From NCBI GenBank assembly GCA_963723055.1, contig CAVROV010000002.1, positions 98,633-162,632 of the forward strand: a DNA stretch of 64,000 bases. Reading direction: 5' to 3'. Below, piece after piece: positions 25,803-35,677 of this stretch; position 1 is the stretch's first letter; each line of letters begins with the position of its first letter. The translations under genes and the position numbers were made by a program. The DNA is from Terriglobia bacterium. GTDB taxonomy: Bacteria; Acidobacteriota; Terriglobia; Terriglobales; Acidobacteriaceae. Below the pieces are notes generated by a model. That model was not told where the DNA came from. It did no database searches and saw only the letters and a program-made list of their open reading frames with translations.

Positions 25803-27239
25803 ATGGCCCAGCAATTTCGCCAGGAAAAAGATTCCATCGGCATCAAAGAAATTCCCGCTGACGTTTATTACGGTGTGCAGACCGCGCGCGCCGTGGAAAA
25901 CTATCCCATCTCCGGCATGCGCGCCAATCCCACACTGATTCGCGCTATCGGCATGGTGAAGTATGCCGCCGCCCAGGCTAACAAAGATCTTGCCTTGGTC
26001 GATGACAAGCGCGCCGACGCGATCATGCAAGCCGCCAAAGAAGTTGTCGCCGGCAAATGGGACCCCTCGTTTGTGGTCGATGTATTTCAGGCCGGCGCTG
26101 GCGTGAGCTTCCACATGAATTCGAATGAGGTCATCGCCAACCGCGCTACGGAACTGATGGGCGGCAAGCTGGGTGACTACACGATCCATCCTAACGACCA
26201 CGTGAACTACGGGCAGTCCACAAATGACGTCTTCCCCACCGCTATGCGCGTGGCGACTTTGCTGGAGCTGGAAAAGCTTTACCCAGTACTGGAGAACCTG
26301 GCCGCGGCGTTTGAGGCCAAAGGAAAAGAATTTCACGACATCATGAAGTCGGGCCGCACGCACATGCAGGACGCAGTTCCGATCCGCCTGGGCCAGGAGT
26401 TTGATGCTTATGGCGTGGCCATCCGCAAGGCCATTGACGATATTCGGCATGCTGGCGACTCGTTACGTGAGCTTGGACTCGGCGGCTCCGCTGTGGGCAC
26501 CGGCATTAATACCCACCCTGACTATCGCGCCAAAGCAGTTGCCAATCTGGCAAAAATCTCCGGCCAGAAACTTACGCCCGCTGCCGACATGCGCTGGGCC
26601 ATGCAATCCAATGCGTGCATGGCCCAGGTTTCATCCTCATTGCGCAACCTGGCTCTGGAAGTGATTCGCATCTCCAATGACTTGCGGCTGATTTCCTCTG
26701 GACCAAACACCGGCTTTGCCGAAATAAATCTTCCCGGACTTCAGCCAGGGTCTTCTATCATGCCGGGCAAAATTAATCCGGTGATGCCTGAGCTGGCAGC
26801 GATGGTTTCATTCCAGGTGGTCGGCAATGATACGGCGGTAGCAATGGCCGTGCAGGGCGGCCAGCTTGAGTTGAACGTGATGATGCCGACCATGGCTTAC
26901 AACGTCCTTCAGTCCATTTCCATCCTGACCAACATGCTGCGCGTGTTCACGGAAAAATGCGTGAAGGGTCTCACCGCCAACGAAAAACGTAACGCCTTCT
27001 ACGCGCAGAGCACGGTTTCGCTTGCGACGGCCTTGAATCCCTACATCGGCTATGCCAAGGCAGCGGAGATTGTGAAGGAATCAGTCGCTACCGGCCGCTC
27101 GATCATCGACATTGCGCGTGACAAGAAGCTTTTGAGTGAGCAGGAAATTGCGGAGATTCTGGATCCGGTAAGCATGACCGAACCTCAATATCCCAAAGAG
27201 TCGGCGAAGCGGCGTGATGATATTACGGGAAAGAAATAG
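25803..27239 (+). CDS. aspA: aspartate ammonia-lyase (fumarase/aspartase class II family)
   Basis: EKDSIGIKEIPADVYYGVQTARAVENY, QAGAGVSFHMNSNEV, GSSIMPGKINPV signature. The QAGAG context favours aspartase over FumC. Confidence 0.8.
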   Translation: MAQQFRQEKDSIGIKEIPADVYYGVQTARAVENYPISGMRANPTLIRAIGMVKYAAAQANKDLALVDDKRADAIMQAAKEVVAGKWDPSFVVDVFQAGAGVSFHMNSNEVIANRATELMGGKLGDYTIHPNDHVNYGQSTNDVFPTAMRVATLLELEKLYPVLENLAAAFEAKGKEFHDIMKSGRTHMQDAVPIRLGQEFDAYGVAIRKAIDDIRHAGDSLRELGLGGSAVGTGINTHPDYRAKAVANLAKISGQKLTPAADMRWAMQSNACMAQVSSSLRNLALEVIRISNDLRLISSGPNTGFAEINLPGLQPGSSIMPGKINPVMPELAAMVSFQVVGNDTAVAMAVQGGQLELNVMMPTMAYNVLQSISILTNMLRVFTEKCVKGLTANEKRNAFYAQSTVSLATALNPYIGYAKAAEIVKESVATGRSIIDIARDKKLLSEQEIAEILDPVSMTEPQYPKESAKRRDDITGKK

Positions 27240-27282
27240 ATTTTCTGCAATCCCGAGCGTAGCGAGGGATAACACAAGACCA

Positions 27283-28278
27283 TCAGCACGCCCACCGCAG
27301 CAGCGTAGCTCCCACAGTAAATCCCGCGCCGACAGCCGCGATCAACACCAGGTCGCCTTTCTTCAGACGTCCTTGCTGGCGTGCGCTTTCCAGCGCCAGT
27401 GGAATGGTCCCGGCGGTGGTGTTCCCGAACTCGTCAATGTTGATGATGATGCGGTCTTCCTTCAATCCCAGCCGGTCGGCAGCGGACATAATGATGCGCC
27501 GGTTTGCCTGGTGAGGAACGAACAACGCCACGTCACTGCCTTTGAATCCATTGCGCGTCAGCACCGTCTCAGAGGCTTCCGCCATTTTGCGAACAGCGTA
27601 CTTAAACACCGCCTGGCCGTCCTGATGGACGTAATGCATCTTCTTGTCGACGGTCTCATGCGTCGCAGGATTGCGGCTGCCGCCTCCGGGCATAAATAGC
27701 GAGCACGCGCCGGAACCATCCACTTCATGAACGAAATCGATAATGTAATTGTCGTCGGTAGCCGGCTCCACCAAAACAGCGCCTGCCCCGTCGCCAAAGA
27801 TGATGCAGGTCGCGCGGTCCTCGTAATTAATGATGGAAGTCATTGCATCAGCGCCAATCGCCAGCACCCGCTTGTGCGCACCGGACTCCACAAACTTCAC
27901 CGCCGTTTGCAAAGCGTACACAAAACCAGAGCAGGCAGCCGAGATGTCATAGCCCCAGGCGCCCTTTGCTCCAATCTTGTCCTGGACAATGCACGCCGTC
28001 GCCGGGAAGAGCATGTCGGGCGTCACTGTACCCAGAAAAATGGCTTCTACTTCGCTGGCCGGAATGCCACGCTCCTGCAACGCGCCTTTCGCCGCTTCAA
28101 TTGCCATGTCAGACGTGGCCATCCCTTTGTCTACAATATGCCGCTGGCGGATCCCGGTCCGCTCGATGATCCAGTCATTGGAAGTCTCGACCATTTTTTC
28201 CAGGTCGGCATTGGTCAAAAGACGCGGGGGGACGTAAGTTCCGAGGGCTGATATTTTCGCGCGTACCAGGTTGGCCAA
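27283..28278 (-). CDS. fabH: 3-oxoacyl-ACP synthase III
   Basis: [16 protein letters not shown], active-site [21 protein letters not shown]. Confidence 0.9.
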   Translation of the reverse strand: MANLVRAKISALGTYVPPRLLTNADLEKMVETSNDWIIERTGIRQRHIVDKGMATSDMAIEAAKGALQERGIPASEVEAIFLGTVTPDMLFPATACIVQDKIGAKGAWGYDISAACSGFVYALQTAVKFVESGAHKRVLAIGADAMTSIINYEDRATCIIFGDGAGAVLVEPATDDNYIIDFVHEVDGSGACSLFMPGGGSRNPATHETVDKKMHYVHQDGQAVFKYAVRKMAEASETVLTRNGFKGSDVALFVPHQANRRIIMSAADRLGLKEDRIIINIDEFGNTTAGTIPLALESARQQGRLKKGDLVLIAAVGAGFTVGATLLRWAC

Positions 28279-28502
28279 AAAAGTTCTCCGGGTTGGTGTG
28301 TGTAAAACCTAATATTGTAAGCGGTTTTAGAAACGAGCGGTAGCAGTTCAGGGGTTGTGTTGTTGCTTGCCGCAAGCGGCTATTAGCCTATGTGAAACCC
28401 AGAAACAATCCATTCGGGCAGGAAAGCCTTGCATAGAATCACAATCAGAACGGTTGCAGTAAATACCCAAAGCAGTTTTTTCAGATTCATTGAAGCAAAC
28501 CT

Positions 28503-28596
28503 ACCGGGCACCCCGCTGCACACGCACTAGCCCGTTACCGTTGCTTCCTTCCGGACCTGGCGGGATTGGCGGGATTGCGTCGCGCGGGACCCGGCG
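28503..28596 (-). ncRNA. ffs: signal recognition particle RNA (4.5S, small bacterial type)
   Basis: Minus strand reads ...CCAGGTCCGGAAGGAAGCAAC...GTGCGTGTGCAGCGGGGTGCCCGG, the conserved domain IV motif. The 5' GCCGGGTCCCGC pairs with the 3' GCGGGGTGCCCGG. Ends are approximate. Confidence 0.8.
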
Positions 28597-28706
28597 TTTT
28601 CAATTCTAACATCTTTATTTCCTTGCGGTCTTCACCCGGTTACGTTGGGTCATCAACGCTCGGATTGCTCTTTGCTCCGCGCCCGAATTCAGGGACAATA
28701 AAGGGA

Positions 28707-30932
28707 GTGTCCACGCGCAGTCTCAACCTCCCAGCAAACAATGCCGTTCCCGGTTCGGGCAGCGCGGAGCGTTTCTTTCAGTGGTCGCTTTACATTCTTG
28801 TAGTCGTCGGATTTGCCGCGCTCATGGGCACCAACAAGCTTGATGTGCCTTCCCTCGCCCTGGTGCTGCCCGCGCTGCTGCTGCGCGGCTATCTTTTGCT
28901 GATGCGGAAGAACTTTGCCATTTCAGAACGCTGGACGACTTTACTCACACTGATCTACTTCGCGTTTTATGCCGCGGACTATTTTTATTTTTCTGAGAGC
29001 TTCATTAACGCCACCGTACACATGGTGCTCTTCAGCATGATCATCAAGATCTTTTCTGTGCGTCGCGACCGCGATCTGATGTACCTGGCCGTGCTCTCCT
29101 TCCTGATGTTGCTTGCAGCCGCCGTTCTAACCGTGGATACGCTGTTTCTGCTCACGTTCTCGCTGTTTATTCTGGTCGCGATCGCCACCTTCGTCAGCAT
29201 GGAGATGCGCCGTTCAGAGAAGGAGACGCTGGCGGCCGGCGTGCCGACACATCACGACACAGAGTTTTATTCGTCTCTTGCAGGTATTTCCGCCGTTCTG
29301 GGATTGCTTACCCTGGCCGGCGCCGCGCTCCTTTTCTTCCTCTTACCGCGCGTGAGCACCAGCGGATATCTTCGCAACCTTGGCGTACAAAGCTCCCTGG
29401 TGGCTGGTTTCAGTCCGGAAGTAAACCTGGGAGGCATCGGTCAGATCCAGCAATCCAGCAACGTGGTGATGCACGTACAGGTGCAATATGGAAAACTGCC
29501 AAGTAACCCGCATTGGCGTGGCATTACTTTGGCAAACTTCGACGGCCGGCATTGGTGGAACCCGCTTGAAGTGGCGTCGCTGCATGGCCTCAACAATTCT
29601 CCGCTGGACCTCACCCGCATCAGCAATTTTTCTTTCTATTCTGAAGCCCACTCCGCGCCCCAGTTACAAACGCTCTCCTACCGCGTAGTCATGGAACCCG
29701 TGGGATTGAATCTGTTTTTTCTGGCTCCTGTTCCTCTCAAAATTAATGGCGATTACCGTATCCTGGAGATCAAGTCGGACGGTTCCATCTTCAATGCTCG
29801 TCCCGCCGATAACGGCTCTGGGTCGGGCGATGCGGAGGGCGCTCAGACCGTTGGCATCTACTCCGCAGAGGCCGATACGCGCGATCCTGAACCTTTTATC
29901 CTCAATTCCAGTTCCACAGACTACCCCGCGCACATCGCCAATCTTTATTTACAGGTTCCAACTCTTGATCCGCGGGTGGCGCAACTGGCCCGTCAGGTGA
30001 CCTCCTCCTCAACCTCGAACTACATTCGAGCCAGGGATATAGAGCGCTACCTGCAAAGCAATTACGGTTACACCCTGCAATTGCCGGGATTACGCGAACC
30101 TGATCCGCTGGCCAATTTCCTTTTTGAACGGAAGAAAGGCCACTGCGAATATTTTGCTACTGCCATGACCATGATGCTGCGCACGCTGGGGATACCGGCC
30201 CGCATTGTGAACGGCTTTCGCGGTGGCGAATACAACGACCTCAGCAGCAGTTACATCGTCCGCGAGAAAGACGCCCACTCATGGGTCGAGGTTTATTTCC
30301 CGGAGTACGGCTGGGCATCCTTCGATCCCACACCGGCCGGCAACGCCGACGAGCAGCAAACGGGCTGGTCACGTATGGGCCTTTATCTGGACGCGGCCCG
30401 GCAAATCTGGCGCGAATGGATCGTCAATTACGATTTCAGCCATCAGATGAAATTGCGCTCAGACCTGAGCACAACCACGGGGAACGTTCAAACCAATTTT
30501 CGGTCCTGGGCGGAGCGCGAGTATTTTCGCGTCGTAGAACTTATCGGGCGTTGGCAAAGGCGGCTGGAAAGTCTTTCACCCCGGCAGATGGCGCTCTGTT
30601 GCGTGCTCCTCGGATTTCTTCTCGCTCTGCCTTTTGTGCCGATGACCTGGCGTACGGTTCAGCGCACGCGCGCCCTCAGGCATCCGCAGCGCGCCCCGCG
30701 CACCTCCGCCAGCTTCTGGTACCAGCGCATGCTCAAAATGATGGCCCGGCGCGGTGTCCGCAAAGAACAATCGCAAACGGCGGAAGAATTCGCCTCTTCC
30801 ATTCCTGATCCACGAATGCGCCAGGAAGTTGAACTTTTCACAGAACACTATGAGCGCGCCCGCTTCAATGCATCGGTGGAAGACGCTCAGCTGCTGCCCC
30901 AGCTTTACGAAGAGATCGCCGCAAAAAAATAG
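28707..30932 (+). CDS. TgpA-like transglutaminase-domain membrane protein
   Basis: N-terminal multi-TM region. Transglutaminase core GHCEYFATAMTMMLRTLGIPARIVNGF...DAHSWVEVYFPEYGWASFDPTP (Cys-His-Asp). The start is uncertain: GTG 28707 was chosen because the longer ORF overlaps the SRP RNA gene. Confidence 0.8.
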   Translation: MSTRSLNLPANNAVPGSGSAERFFQWSLYILVVVGFAALMGTNKLDVPSLALVLPALLLRGYLLLMRKNFAISERWTTLLTLIYFAFYAADYFYFSESFINATVHMVLFSMIIKIFSVRRDRDLMYLAVLSFLMLLAAAVLTVDTLFLLTFSLFILVAIATFVSMEMRRSEKETLAAGVPTHHDTEFYSSLAGISAVLGLLTLAGAALLFFLLPRVSTSGYLRNLGVQSSLVAGFSPEVNLGGIGQIQQSSNVVMHVQVQYGKLPSNPHWRGITLANFDGRHWWNPLEVASLHGLNNSPLDLTRISNFSFYSEAHSAPQLQTLSYRVVMEPVGLNLFFLAPVPLKINGDYRILEIKSDGSIFNARPADNGSGSGDAEGAQTVGIYSAEADTRDPEPFILNSSSTDYPAHIANLYLQVPTLDPRVAQLARQVTSSSTSNYIRARDIERYLQSNYGYTLQLPGLREPDPLANFLFERKKGHCEYFATAMTMMLRTLGIPARIVNGFRGGEYNDLSSSYIVREKDAHSWVEVYFPEYGWASFDPTPAGNADEQQTGWSRMGLYLDAARQIWREWIVNYDFSHQMKLRSDLSTTTGNVQTNFRSWAEREYFRVVELIGRWQRRLESLSPRQMALCCVLLGFLLALPFVPMTWRTVQRTRALRHPQRAPRTSASFWYQRMLKMMARRGVRKEQSQTAEEFASSIPDPRMRQEVELFTEHYERARFNASVEDAQLLPQLYEEIAAKK

Positions 30933-31028
30933 TATTTTCCTCTCGCCGGGTTTCCGGGATTTCATTCCCCCGCTTTACGTGTGTGATTTCGTCCGCATCT
31001 TAAAACGTATAATCCCCGGGGAAGACAC

Positions 31029-32606
31029 ATGCCCAGCATCGTACAAGCTGCCGAATGGCTGCTGGGGCCGGAAGCCCCGGCCGAAACACCGCGCACTCAT
31101 CTGCTGCCGCGCTGGATCTTCCTTCGCGCTTTGGGCGTTATCTATTTTTCTGCGTTTTACTCGCTCATCTTTCAGATTAAAGGGCTCATCGGGCCGCATG
31201 GCATCCTGCCCGCCGTCAACTACCTGAGTGACGTGGCAAATTACTATCCGGGCGTCCAGCGTTTCTGGTTTGCTCCCACTCTGCTCTGGTTCGGCGCCGG
31301 CAATCACGCCTTGATGTTGATCACGTGGCTCGGGTTGATCGCGTCCGTCGCCGTGATCTTCAACATTTGTCCACGCGGGTCATTGGCGGTATGCTTTATT
31401 TGTTTTCTTTCTTTTGTTGCGGCAGCACAGGATTTTTCCGGCTATCAGTCCGATGGCATGCTCCTGGAAGCCGGTTTCATCTCTATCTTCTTTGCGCCGC
31501 CCGGTTTCCGACCCGGCATGGGCGCCGCGCATGCTCCTTCGCGTCTCAGCTTGTTTCTTCTTCGCTGGGAATGGTTCCGCATCTACTTCGAATCCGGCAT
31601 TGTGAAACTCACCAGTGGTGACTACTCCTGGCGGCACCTTACCGCCATGGATGACTACTACCAGAATGGCCCACTGCCCACATGGGTTGGCTGGTATGTG
31701 CAACAGCTTCCGCACTGGTTCCACGCAGCCACCGCCTTCATGACTCTGGCTGCAGAACTCGGGCTGGTCTGGATGCTCTTTCTTCCCCGACGTTTGAGGA
31801 TCATCTGCTTCCTGATCCTAACCCCGTTCCAGATAGGAATCATCCTTACCGCGAACTACACATTTCTCAATTATCTTGTCCTCGTGTTGGGCTTTCTCTT
31901 GCTTGACGACGGCTTTGTCCGCTCCGTGTTGCCGCAGCGCTGGAAGAATTGGGGTAGGCGGATTGCAACGGAGTCATCAGACGCGCAAGCCTCGCCGTCG
32001 CGCTCTACCGCATGGCTGCGACCGGTCTGGCGCAGCGTTGCTGCGATCTATCTCGGCTGGGTACTCTACGCGACGACTGCTTTGCTCCTCGCCATGATTC
32101 CGCATGCGCCGGGGCTTCCTCTGGGCCCGGCCCGCGCATTGGAGCCTTTTCGCATTGCCAACGAGTACGGCTTGTTCGCAAACATGACCCACGAGCGCTA
32201 CGAGATCGAATTCCAGGGATCTTCGGACGGGCAAAACTGGATCGCCTATCCCTTCCGCTACAAGCCTCAGGATGTGCATAAGGCGCCGGGCATCTACGCG
32301 CCTTACCAGCCGCGCTTCGAGTGGAACCTGTGGTTTGCCTCGCTCGGCAACTGGCGCAACTATCCCTGGGTCGTACAGACTGAAGCGCGTTTGTTGCGCA
32401 ATGAGCCAGATGTGCTGGCCCTCTTCGCGGGCAATCCTTTTGCAAACGCGCCGCCAAAACAAGTGCGCGCAGTGATCTGGCAGTACTGGTTCACTGACCG
32501 CGCCACCAAACACAAGGAAGGTACATGGTGGCGTCGGCAATTGCTGGGAATGTACGCCCCGATGGTCGAGCAAACACCAGATGGCAAGGTCGTCATGAGC
32601 CAATGA
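31029..32606 (+). CDS. lipase maturation factor (LMF1-like) family membrane protein
   Basis: LPRWIFLRALGVIYFSAFYSLIFQIKGLIGPHGILP N-terminus, and the C-terminal YEIEFQGSSDGQNW...YQPRFEWNLWFA block typical of the LMF family. Confidence 0.75.
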   Translation: MPSIVQAAEWLLGPEAPAETPRTHLLPRWIFLRALGVIYFSAFYSLIFQIKGLIGPHGILPAVNYLSDVANYYPGVQRFWFAPTLLWFGAGNHALMLITWLGLIASVAVIFNICPRGSLAVCFICFLSFVAAAQDFSGYQSDGMLLEAGFISIFFAPPGFRPGMGAAHAPSRLSLFLLRWEWFRIYFESGIVKLTSGDYSWRHLTAMDDYYQNGPLPTWVGWYVQQLPHWFHAATAFMTLAAELGLVWMLFLPRRLRIICFLILTPFQIGIILTANYTFLNYLVLVLGFLLLDDGFVRSVLPQRWKNWGRRIATESSDAQASPSRSTAWLRPVWRSVAAIYLGWVLYATTALLLAMIPHAPGLPLGPARALEPFRIANEYGLFANMTHERYEIEFQGSSDGQNWIAYPFRYKPQDVHKAPGIYAPYQPRFEWNLWFASLGNWRNYPWVVQTEARLLRNEPDVLALFAGNPFANAPPKQVRAVIWQYWFTDRATKHKEGTWWRRQLLGMYAPMVEQTPDGKVVMSQ

Positions 32607-32720
32607 TATTTTTAGAATCCCGAGGGAGCCCTATTGTGACGAAGAGCACGGGCCGCCAATCTGACGGCCGCCCTTCGCTCTGAGCTCCTCTTCCGTTTCG
32701 CGGCGATCGGGATTTCAGAA

Positions 32721-33272
32721 TTATTTCGTGATCACTCCGCAGGCAATTCTGTCACCCGAATTTCCGGAAGGATCAGTTTTCTGATCGTCAGCTTTGGCAT
32801 GAATCACCAGCGCGGTGCCTCCGCCGGTAAAAACGGAATGTGGATCATCGCCCAGCGTGCTATTGGGTGCGTTGACCAAGCCCTTGGCTTTGCCGTTGGC
32901 ATCAACCTGGAAGTTAGGTGCGTCACCGGCATGAGGACCTTCAGGATTTTCCAAGCCATGTTTTTTCCCGTCAGGATTGAAATGCGGTCCGGCCGATTTG
33001 AAGTCCGGGCCTTCGCACTTCGCTGTCTGGTGCACATGGATGGCATGCTCGCCTGGCGGAAGATCATGCAGATTCAGTTTGATAGTAACGCCTTTTGCCG
33101 CCGGTGAAAGCGTGGCCGTGCCAACGCTTTTCCCCTGGCTATCCTGCATGTTTACTGCTTTGTTAGGCCCCTTCTTGCCCTGAGCCCATGCGATGGTCAT
33201 GATGAACAACAGCCCGATGGTCATCAAAACCGGCCTTAGCAACGATGTTTTTGCTTTGTGGTAATTTGTCAT
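32721..33272 (-). CDS. sodC: superoxide dismutase [Cu-Zn]
   Basis: [46 protein letters not shown]-terminal signal/anchor. Confidence 0.9.
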   Translation of the reverse strand: MTNYHKAKTSLLRPVLMTIGLLFIMTIAWAQGKKGPNKAVNMQDSQGKSVGTATLSPAAKGVTIKLNLHDLPPGEHAIHVHQTAKCEGPDFKSAGPHFNPDGKKHGLENPEGPHAGDAPNFQVDANGKAKGLVNAPNSTLGDDPHSVFTGGGTALVIHAKADDQKTDPSGNSGDRIACGVITK

Positions 33273-33564
33273 ATTCTATTCCCCGATAACCAAAATTGTA
33301 CTCGCCGGACGGTCCTCAGCCCAAGCCGAAGCCGCGAAAACACTGGCTACATCTGAAATCTCGAGCGCAGCGAGAGATCCATTTAGCAGCAATAGCTTTC
33401 AGGCTCACGCATTTGATACCACCAGTTGAAACAGATGAACGCGAATCAAAATAATTCGCGCTTTTCGCGTGCATTCGCGGCCAAATTCGCTTCTTTCAAA
33501 ATCAGTATCTAGCAGCCCAACCCGCAAAAACACTGGTTTTTCGATGCTACAATAGAGAGACAGC

Positions 33565-35096
33565 ATGCCCGTAGAGAACCTCACAATAGCGCCGCCGCAG
33601 CCGGATTCTGCGCCTCGACAAAGCACTCTAAAAGTCGGCTTTGTGAGCCTCGGCTGCCCCAAGAACCTCGTCGATAGCGAGGTCATGATGGGTATGCTGC
33701 AAACCGGGGGAGCGCAGATTACCGCCCATGCGGAAGATGCCGATGTGATCGTGGTAAACACCTGCTCCTTCATTGACTCGGCCAAGCAAGAATCGGTCAA
33801 TACCATCCTGGAAATGGCGCAGCATAAGATCACCGGCAAGGCGCAGAAGTTGATTGTGGCCGGCTGCCTGGTGGAACGCTATCGCACGGAAATTCAGAAG
33901 AATATTCCCGAAGTTGACGCCGTGGTCGGTACTGGCGAGCTCGATGCCATTCTTGCCGCCGCCGGAATCGATGCTGGCCGTGCTCCCGCCGATGGTTCGC
34001 CGTTTGTCATCCTGAATCACGGGTCAAACAGCCAGGCGCTGAAGTCCGGCATGCCGGCGCGCGCCGAAGGACTGGCCCGCGAGCAGAGCGGACGCTTCTC
34101 CCGCGCGGAATGGGATGGCGCGATCGCCGACCTGCCCAACTATCTTTACGACGAAAACACGCCGCGCGTGCTGGCCACGCCGAAAGCGTCGGCTTACATC
34201 AAGATTGCCGAAGGCTGCGACCATCCTTGTGGCTTCTGTATTATTCCGCAGTTGCGCGGCAAGTTCCGCTCGCGCCATTTTGAGTCGGTCATTGCTGAAG
34301 CGGAGCGGCTTGCCGCCGGCGGCGTGCGCGAGATTACGCTTATCGGTCAGGACACAACTTGTTACGGTGAAGACCTTGGTCTGAAAGACGGCCTTGCCCT
34401 CTTGCTGGAACGGCTGGCGCAGATTGAAGACCTGCGCTGGGTGCGCTTCCTTTACGCCTATCCCAACAAGATCACCGGCAAGCTGCTGGAAACCATCGCG
34501 CGCCACGAAAAGATTTGCTCTTACGTCGATGTCCCCTTGCAGCACGCTTCGTCTTCAGTGCTCAAGCGCATGAAGCGCGGCGCTGGCGCGGAGATATTTC
34601 TTGAAGTCGGTGGAGAAGATGCGCCGTACTATTCCCGATCTCACGCTGCGGACTTCATTCATTGTCGGCTTTCCCGGCGAGACGGAAGCCGACTTCGCAG
34701 AGCTGTGCGAGTTCGTCAAATCCGCGCAGTTCGACTGGTTGGGCGTCTTCAGCTACTCCGATGAGGACGGCTCCGCAGCTTATCACCTCGCCGACAAAGT
34801 TCCGCTGCGTGAAATCGAACGCCGCCGCAAGAAACTGATGCAGATCCAGCGCCAGATCAGCAAAAAGAACAAGCGCAAACTCGATCGGCCGGCAGTATGA
34901 CGTTCTGGCGCTCGGCTCGTCAGAAGAAACCGACCTGTTGTGGGAGGGCCGGACAGAAATGCATGCTCCGGAAATTGACGGTAAATTATTTATCAACGAT
35001 TTTGGCGACCACGAGGAACTTGTGCCGGGCACTTTCTATCGCTGCGAAATCACTGAAGCTCATGACTACGATTTGGTGGCGCGCATCGTTGGCTAA
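33565..35096 (+). CDS. rimO: ribosomal protein S12 methylthiotransferase RimO, two apparent frameshifts (about 34597-34601 and 34880-34892)
   Basis: VGFVSLGCPKNLVDSE, the radical-SAM CDHPCGFC, and VPLQHASSSVLKRMKRG lie in frame 1. KSVEKMRRTIPDLTLRTSFIVGFPGETE lies in frame 2. GRQYDVLALGSSEETDLLWEGRTEMHAPEIDG...(TRAM domain) lies in frame 3, ending at 35096. Confidence 0.85.
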
Positions 35097-35117
35097 ATGC
35101 CCGACATCTAATAGCGT

Positions 35118-35354
35118 ATGCCGAAGAAAAAACTACTTTCGCTTCGCTGTCCTATCTGCCGCACGCTCGTGCTGAGGACGCAGGAAGACTTCCCCTTCTG
35201 CAGTGACCGCTGCCGCACCATCGACCTGGGCAAGTGGGCCAGCGGCGGCTACGTGATCTCCACAAAGATCAACGATCCCGAGGAACTCGAAAGCATTGCC
35301 GAGCAGCAATCAAGGCGCAAATCCGATCCCGACGGCGATCCGTCGGAGCAATAG
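35118..35354 (+). CDS. yacG: DNA gyrase inhibitor YacG (zinc finger)
   Basis: CPICRTLV...PFCSDRCRTIDLGKWASGGY matches the YacG pattern. Confidence 0.8.
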   Translation: MPKKKLLSLRCPICRTLVLRTQEDFPFCSDRCRTIDLGKWASGGYVISTKINDPEELESIAEQQSRRKSDPDGDPSEQ

Positions 35355-35435
35355 CGCCCGCCCACAGGCCGTTCTCTGATGACTTGAAATGAGTGGCGCT
35401 TTGATTAAAGACAGAGTCTACTATCGCAATTAAGT

Positions 35436-35653
35436 ATGAAGAAGATTACTTTCAGCGCCGATGAAGAGGTTATTTCGCGGGCTAAACTTGTGGCAAGAAT
35501 TCAGCGCAAGACCCTCAACACCGCATTTCGTGAGTGGTTAACTCAGTTACCCGCCTATCTGGAAGCGCGAAGGAAGCGGAAGCTTTGATGAGACGCCTTC
35601 GCCATGTCAAAGCAGGCCGTCGCTTCACCCGCGACGAAATGAATGTAAGCTAG
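35436..35653 (+). CDS. small ribbon-helix-helix antitoxin-like protein, apparent frameshift near 35544-35553
   Basis: MKKITFSADEEVISRAKLVARIQRKTLNTAFREWLTQ in frame 3 continues as ...SGSAKEAEALMRRLRHVKAGRRFTRDEMNVS in frame 2. Both pieces are too short for the ORF track. The family assignment is from memory. Confidence 0.4.
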
Positions 35654-35677
35654 GATTGCTCGTCTGGAAGAATTGCA

